Positions 56,342 to 64,000 of a stretch of 64,000 nucleotides of DNA are shown piece by piece. Position numbers and translations under genes: made by a program. The stretch spans positions 321,966,001-322,030,000 of the forward strand of contig OZ024743.1 of the NCBI GenBank assembly GCA_964016885.1, written 5' to 3'. Each line of letters opens with the position of its first letter. The stretch's first letter is position 1. The DNA comes from Eledone cirrhosa. Its lineage: Eukaryota. Under the pieces are notes generated by a model. That model searched no databases, had not been told where the DNA came from, and worked only from the letters and a program-made list of their open reading frames with translations.

Positions 56342-56722
56342 ATATAGTGTATTTTGCAATACACTGTATGCTTAATTAAAAGCATTTCGAAGACCTTATG
56401 CTATTGTTTTAGAGTAGTGACAGGCTCACTTACTTTAATTTTCAGCAAACAGGGCCCTGTCAGCTTTATCTCGCCTGTTTGCTGAAAATTAGAATTCTAC
56501 TAGAATTCTATAAGAACCAAACATCCATGATTTCAGCAAACAGGGGGAGTAGTTGGCTTTGATAAGCATCAATAAATGCGAAACAGAACCCTGTCAGCTT
56601 TATCTCCCCTGTTTGCTGAAAATTAAAGTAAGTGAGTCTGTCACTACTCTAAAACAATAGCATAAGGTCTTCGAAATGCTTTTAATTAAGAATACAGTGT
56701 ATTGCAAAATACACTATATATA
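56342..56722. repeat. Inverted repeat (~110-bp arms) around a hammerhead; family shared with 17785-18012
   Basis: 56342-56454 pairs with 56607-56720. Confidence 0.88.
56531..56622 (+). ncRNA. Type I hammerhead, U3-A8 core variant (paralogue of 17818)
   Basis: GGCT-TTGATAA-GCAT caataa ATGC-GAAA-CAG aacc CTG-TC-AGCT with the same long stem I; stem II covaries relative to the 17818 copy. Confidence 0.82.
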
Positions 56723-56738
56723 CATTCATATATATACA

Positions 56739-56773
<35 letters not shown>

Positions 56774-56846
56774 GTGTTTCTGTAGGAAACATAACTTATG
56801 TTGTTTATTACATAACTATATATATATATATATATATAGTTATGTG

Positions 56847-56961
<115 letters not shown>

Positions 56962-57069
56962 GTGAAACTATAATGATCCACAGAAGGCAGCCGATCAGCG
57001 GCAATTGTCTACGTGCTTGTCTCTTCCGAAGATTCTGTTTCCTGTATATGTCCCATTATTAATTACGCC

Positions 57070-57190
57070 ATTCTGAGTTCAAATCTCTCCGAGGTTAACT
57101 TTACCTTTCATCCTTACGGTGTCGATAAAATAAGTACTAGTAATGCACTGGGTAATTGCTGGCCTTGTGCCAAAAGTAGAAACAATTATT
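57070..57190 (+). mobile_element. SINE family A, 5'-truncated
   Basis: B-box and body match. Confidence 0.8.
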
Positions 57191-57341
57191 AATTACGTCA
57201 TTGCTGTTATACGTATTCCGATCGTATCAATTATGCATTAGATGCGACCTCATCAGATAGCTATTTGTGTTTTTTATTATATATACTCTAGTGTGCCCCA
57301 AGCAAGTATTTTGATTGTGCGCATTTAGCGAATATTTTGAT

Positions 57342-57524
57342 GATTGGCAGTATCGGTAGAGGATGGGACGCCTTGCTTTCTAGTATAGTTACGTTCCTTT
57401 ACGGTCTGAGTTCAAATCCCGTCGAGGTTAACTTTGCCTTTTATCCTTACGGGGTCGATCAAATAAAGTACCGGTAATGAACTGGGTAATTGCTGGCCTT
57501 ATGCCAAAAGTAGAAACAATTATT
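57342..57524 (+). mobile_element. SINE family A
   Basis: Same boxes and body as 43872. Confidence 0.85.
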
Positions 57525-57695
57525 ATACAAAAACTTCGTCGTACATAAACTTGCACTAATACATTACAGTCAGGAAAGTATACTACATTGAGTACTTAAT
57601 CCTGCGTAGACACGTGTTAGCTGATCAATACTTATAACTAAGAAACAATAGTGGATCATATATATATGTATATATGTATGATGTATGTATGTATA

Positions 57696-57761
<66 letters not shown>

Positions 57762-57766
<5 letters not shown>

Positions 57767-57953
57767 GTTTCTACTTTTGGCGCACAAGGCCATAAATTAC
57801 CCATTGCATTACTGGTACTTTATTTTATCGACCCCGTAAGGATGAAAGGCAAAGTTAACCTCGGTGGGATTTGAACTCAAATCATACAGGGAGGTAACTC
57901 TATGCTTCAAAGCATGGCGTCCGACACTCTACCGATACTGCCAATCCACCGCC
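57762..57953 (-). mobile_element. SINE family A
   Basis: Reverse complement of the 43872 consensus; 3' end runs into (TA)n. Confidence 0.85.
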
Positions 57954-58644
57954 TTTATATATATATAATGTTAGGTTTCTCTTCAGCGCTACTGTTAACA
58001 TGTAACTCAGTACAACCTGTGCATGGTCAGATCGTCTAAAACTAAACCGCCAACCCCACCAAAGAGCGCAGGACTTCATAAGAGTCAAATGCCGCCCAAT
58101 AAAGTTTTTTTTTTGTGTGGAATGAAAGACTGCTAGTCTTCATTATGACATCTCTCTAGGAGAAGGTCACTCTGATATAAAACTGCGACTTCGTTTGCAT
58201 CCAATGATGTAGACCAGTTCCTTTTTGATATTCAGAGAGGGGGATTGGCCCCGTGCAAACCCTTTCCACACTTAAAACAGCTTCAAGAACAGACATCGCT
58301 TGATATGGGAGATTTTTTGCGATGCATGGTATTGCTTGCCATAAGCAAGTCCCTGGCAGGACTAAAAAGTCCCGTCCTTGGTGTACATGCTTAAGTATCA
58401 AGCGATGGCAATACTCGAAATCGAGTTGCAGCCATCATATATAAGTAGGTTTTTTAAACAGCGAGCGAGTTTGAAATTTGAAATAGAAGCTTCCGCCTTA
58501 TTTTTAGAAACTTTAACCTGATAGTGGGGTTTAGAAGCCTCTAAGAAATGAAAAAAGATGAGTATTGACGTATTGTGCGTGTGTGTGTGTGTGAGAGAAG
58601 AGAGAGGGGAGGGGAGAGAGAGCGTCCTGAGTTCAATCTGGGAT

Positions 58645-58807
58645 AGCCACAGTAAGTAAAGTACTCAATACATTAGTAGAGTGTAAACATCAAATTTAAT
58701 GTAGAAATGGTTTCTACGGGACTAGAACTGTTTCATTTGAAAGAAATCATCAGCTTTAATGATGATTTCTTTCGAAGGAAACAGTTCTAGTCCTGTAGAA
58801 GCCATTC

Positions 58808-58809
<2 letters not shown>
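58645..58809. repeat. Fold-back element with hammerhead-like core; family shared with 54278-54392
   Basis: Arms 58703-58752 and 58760-58809; minus-strand CTGATGA..GAAACAGTT. Confidence 0.75.
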
Positions 58810-58889
<80 letters not shown>

Positions 58890-59090
58890 GTGGGTGTAGA
58901 AGTAGGAAGAGGAAGCTGCGCCGTCAATACCATCTTCAAGAACATTAGAATTACATGAAAATGTGTAATCAAATGCCAACAATATGAAATTGATACTATG
59001 TAATGGAACCACAAATGATTAGCTTCTTACGCATGTACTACTTCCACACTTTTGGCACACACACACAGACACACATACCCCCCCCCCCTT

Positions 59091-59130
<40 letters not shown>

Positions 59131-59471
59131 GAGGGAGAGATAGAGATGACGTAATTTCCCCGATTTTTAGTATTCTGTTTGGGTGCATTAGCAGTGCAAA
59201 TAAATCCAATTAGCCTCAGGCTGCACATGGGATTGGCTCAAATCATAGTGGTAACCAGGATGATACATGTTGCACTTAAATACACGTCACGTAATATCTA
59301 ATAGCAGATACATTCGTTAAACAACAATAATGAATGGTAGAAATAAGGTTGTCCTGTGTCCATATTTATTAGATGAAATATTGTACTTCCATACCTTCCA
59401 TGGACACCAATGTGTATTTAGGTCTCGGTCTCTTGATCATGATATTGCTATATGTATATAGCTATACACAC

Positions 59472-59553
<82 letters not shown>

Positions 59554-59579
59554 AGATCAAAAGATGGTTAAAAGAGTTC

Positions 59580-59645
59580 CATATTATGCGCATTTCAAAA
59601 ACAAATATCATCATGGGATGATATTTGCGTTCTCATCATATAAAA
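59580..59645 (-). ncRNA. Decayed hammerhead motif
   Basis: Reverse strand ATGATGA, long stem II (GCAAATATCATC/GATGATATTTGT), GAAA-TGCGCA-TA; C3 mutated. Confidence 0.5.
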
Positions 59646-59700
59646 TAGGGAGACATGATATGAAGCTTAAAAAACACTTACGAACAGTGAAGTGTTAAAT

Positions 59701-59739
<39 letters not shown>

Positions 59740-59748
59740 CACACACAC

Positions 59749-59824
<76 letters not shown>

Positions 59825-60642
59825 GACACAAAAACAATTAGTTTTATTAAGTTTACACTTTAGATAAAAGGGAGAAAAGAATTTCAGCACATCGGACGGT
59901 AGTCCTTCGTCGGGAGAATACAAGTAGGTAGATTAGAAAGTATATATATGTGTGTGTGTGTCTCACAGCTGAGATGACAAACGATCGAGAAGGCTGACGC
60001 TATGCTGCGATAAAGAAGACCTGATCACAAGCATATAGTATGACCTGACCCATCCATGGTTCCCCCTCCTGTATCGCACTCCCCATCCTCGCAGAACAGA
60101 GAGGGTAGCTCTGTTGAGTTTATGACCAACAACCTCTCTAGTGATGGTGCCATGAAACTGTATCGGTAACTCCGTAAGGTGGTTGTCCACAGGAAGGGCA
60201 CCTCGCTGTTGAAACCATGCTTCAAAAGACTGAGTGGACCCTTCAGTTGTGTCATGGTGACACAAACTCTTTAATATTGATGATCTACACGATAAAAGCA
60301 CCCCGTACACGCTTTAAAGTTGTTGGTATAATTGAGGGCATCCAGGCATAGAAATCTTGCCTGACAAAAGATTTCGATGCCCCTCCAGTTGTGTCAAAGA
60401 CATGACAACCTACATGGTGCTAGTGCCACGATAAAATGCACTTGGTAGAACGAGGATAAACTTTATAGCCTCGAGTTGACTAATGCCTTGTGCGTGAAAT
60501 CTGGTTGAGTGAAATCGCAGAATCCCATCGTATACACACCTATATGTGTGTGTGTGTGTAAAAGTAATAACAAAAATAAAACAAACGCTACACGACATGG
60601 AAGTAATATATTAGTTTAACGCTTGAAACAGTAGGAAGAGAG

Positions 60643-60678
60643 TCTTAACGTTTCGGACGCTAGTCTTTCATCAGAAGA
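60643..60678 (-). ncRNA. Minimal hammerhead motif (family also at 46450-46483 and, decayed, ~59880-59920)
   Basis: Reverse strand TCTT-CTGATGA-aaGAC tagc GTCc-GAAA-CG-TT-AAGA. Confidence 0.68.
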
Positions 60679-61081
60679 TAGAGTTAGAAATAGAAGATGA
60701 ATAGAAAGTAATGAGTGATGAGAGGAAGAAACGAGGAAAATGGGGGAAAAAAATTGGGAAGAAAAAAAATCACGTGTGTGTATACTTATGCCCCGTAGCA
60801 TAGCAGTGAGACAAAACGATATCGATAAAAAAACTAATAGACTTGAAAAATTTGAATACTAGGGTCGACATCATCAACTGATTTAAGGTTGTGCTCCAGT
60901 ATGGCAGCAGTTTACTGACTGAAACAAGTAAAAGAGTAAAAGAATAGAAGAATATCTTTCGAAAATATTTTCTCTTTAGCTTTCAATATTAGCTTAAGAT
61001 AAGAACATTTGGTATGTTGGTGATGTTGTTGTTGTCATCTTTACAACATATGTTTTTGTTATAATTTGGATTAAACCTACG

Positions 61082-61125
<44 letters not shown>

Positions 61126-61127
<2 letters not shown>

Positions 61128-61731
61128 CAACCCTCGTAATATTAGACACACGATTTACTGTGTTTCTTACTACATATATATTATTATTATAATGCTCGGT
61201 ATTTATACTTTGAGCTTGTTGATTACAGGATTTCAGTAAGAGTTATTAACTCCAACTTTCATTTATATTTCGGCCCCCTCAAGAGGTGAACTTATTAAGT
61301 TGGGTGTGTTGGGCTGTTATTTCTAACCAATACACTCACACCACTTTTGACTTACGGTACACGAGGTGATGAATTCATTTTTCTGTGTGAACGTTAGTAC
61401 TGGGTGTTTGTCGCATTTAATCAGATTCTCTCGCTGATGATGCCCGTGGATTATCTGTTACAAACACACTCAGGGCGAAACAGATTAATCTGTCCGAGAG
61501 ATATAATTGTTATTGAGCCGGTTTGTATAATATAATTTTATTTTATTTTATCATTCTGTCTGCTTCATGGTTAAATATTTCAAACAAATGTGGTTCTTCA
61601 ACCCTCATAATACTAGACACACGATTTTGTGTGTTTCTTACTACATATATATTATTATTATAATGCTCGGTATTTATACTTTGAGCTTGTTGATTACAGG
61701 GTTTCAGTAAGAGTTATTAACTCTAACTTTC

Positions 61732-61739
<8 letters not shown>
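61126..61739 (+). mobile_element. Non-coding hammerhead-bearing retroelement (retrozyme-like or PLE partial tandem) with ~140-bp terminal direct repeats
   Basis: 61128-61268 is repeated at 61599-61739 (period 471); internal hammerhead; (TA)n on both sides. Confidence 0.7.
61427..61501 (+). ncRNA. Type I hammerhead ribozyme motif, canonical core
   Basis: Stem I TCTCTCG/CGAGAGA, CTGATGA (61434-40), stem II GCCC/GGGC, GAAA (61477-80), palindromic stem III CAGATTAATCTG, GTC cleavage triplet (61492-94). Confidence 0.88.
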
Positions 61740-61797
<58 letters not shown>

Positions 61798-61886
61798 ACA
61801 CACACTCAACATCGAATAACGCTCTACTATACACAGAAGTAGTCCACATGGAAAATAAGAGGCATACACGCAACACATGTATACAA

Positions 61887-62008
<122 letters not shown>

Positions 62009-63265
62009 ATATATGTATGTTTGTTTATACGCATGCATATATCTTTCTCTCTCTCCTCTTACTATATATATATCTATATCTATTTGTGTGTGTGTGTGTG
62101 TGTGTGTGTATAATACACATATATGTACATAAATACTTTAACATCTACATGCACTTAATTATACGCATACAAACGTACATACATACATGCAGGCACTGGA
62201 CTGTCCTAAACCTTCACACAATCCCTCAGATATGCATATCTAATAGAAATCCCACAACATACCGTGAAGAAAGGAACATACATGCCTTTAGGAATTTCGT
62301 GCATATAAATATACACTCACAGACATTCATCAGTGTGAGTATATACTCACACACACATACACACATACACGTTCACACACAGTGTACATATATATGTGAG
62401 AGAAAGTGAGTGTCTATGTTATGTATGTATGTACGTATGTATAAGCACACATACATACACAATGCGCATATACATATGTGGGGGTGTGGTCAGAAAGAGA
62501 GAGAAAGGATGTGTGTGTATATATGAATGTATGTATGTAAGCATGTATGTATGTATCTATGCATGCATGTATGCATGAATGTATGTATGTATTAGCACAT
62601 ATACACACACATACAATGCGCTTATATCTGTGGGTGTGAATGTATGTATGTATGTATGTATGAATGTATGTATGAATGTATGAATGTATGTGTAGACACA
62701 CATACTTGCTTGAGTTGGAATGGAGGATTTGAGGCTGCTTTTCTACGGATATCCTTCCTGGCGTCAAACCACTATACCTTAACATGGTAAATATACCGTA
62801 GACATTCAACAAGCCGCCATACTGCAAGATGTATTGGATTAAACATAGGTCATTGCTGACTTTTATAAATATGTCGATATCATATTTGCGCACACTAACA
62901 CACACACACATCTCTCACACAGACACACACACTCTCTCACACACATACACACACACACACACACGCACACACACATACACACACGGCAAATTGGCAGAGT
63001 CATTAGAACGTCGGATAGAATGTTTTATAGTATTCGTTCCACAAATCCCGCGGGAGGTCAACTTTGCCTTTCATCCTTTCGAGGTCGATAAAAAACATAC
63101 CAGTCAAGTACTTGGGTCGATTATTCCTCTAGATATCTTTTCCTTTCTCTGCTTTACTCAAGCTTGGAGAGGGATGGGCTCCACCAGGCTTAAAATATCC
63201 AAGAAACGCCGTATTTCAATACGGCGGCCATATTGGACCATACATATATACATACATATATATAA

Positions 63266-63312
<47 letters not shown>

Positions 63313-63740
63313 AGTGTGTGTGTATGTGTGCGTGTATGTATGTATGTATGTATGCGTGAGAACATGGAACTACTCGGTTTGGTGCCCAAGCTATTGGTTA
63401 GCCTATAGAGAGAGAGACCCTTAGTTCTTGGTAGGACATATTTCTAGGAGAAGGAATATTCTGATGTAAAACCTGCGATTCGAGTGCAGTCAATAAACCT
63501 GTGGTTCTTTTTGGATAACTGCCACCGTTATACAGAGAATGGGATTGGACTTTCATGTGTGTTGCATTAGCATAGTCGCTTCTTTTTTCTTTCGCTGCAG
63601 CATATGCAGAAAGGAATCTAAATCCTTGGCATGGCTAAAAAAATCATGTTCTTGCTACCCATGTATGAGAAAATGATCAAAGCGTGGCAATTTTCAAAAC
63701 TAGCGGCAACCGTTACGTATGTATGTATATATGTAACACA

Positions 63741-63780
<40 letters not shown>

Positions 63781-64000
63781 GACATGTAGTGAAAGAAAAC
63801 TATACCTATGGAAGTGCGAAGATGTTTATATTATGATAGCTACACATAAAGTTTTGCGGACATCCACCATATTTATGACACGTTGTATAATGTGGGTATG
63901 GGTTTGACATTAGATAATGCCTACTTCACACGCGAAATCCATGGTCTCTTTCGGAGCGATTTGTTGTCTTATTACACACAGACACGCACGCACGCTCGCA

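Overview
AT-rich eukaryotic intergenic or intronic DNA, saturated with (TA)n, (CA)n, (GA)n and (GAT)n microsatellites. The repeat style suggests a cephalopod (Octopus-like) genome; this is inference only. No host protein-coding gene is supportable, and most listed ORFs are translations of simple repeats. Recognisable content: two tandem Tx1/L1-clade retrotransposon copies (20.1-24.9 kb, minus strand) embedded in (GATA)n; RTE-like and Ingi/Vingi-like LINE fragments; many tRNA-derived SINEs; small Helitron-, mariner- and hAT-type non-autonomous elements; an 86-bp and a 43/44-bp minisatellite; and an ~11-kb 27-bp satellite (31.1-42.2 kb). The main hidden signal is that the short islands between (TA)n tracts carry about 20 type I hammerhead-ribozyme motifs, found by eye on both strands and from many unrelated families. 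Two are attached to Penelope-like GIY-YIG remnants, several have a compensatory U3-A8 core, many lie in fold-back inverted repeats whose junctions often map to ribozyme stems, and one is in a 471-nt, 1.3-mer retrozyme-like unit. All folds were derived manually and coordinates of degenerate elements are approximate.
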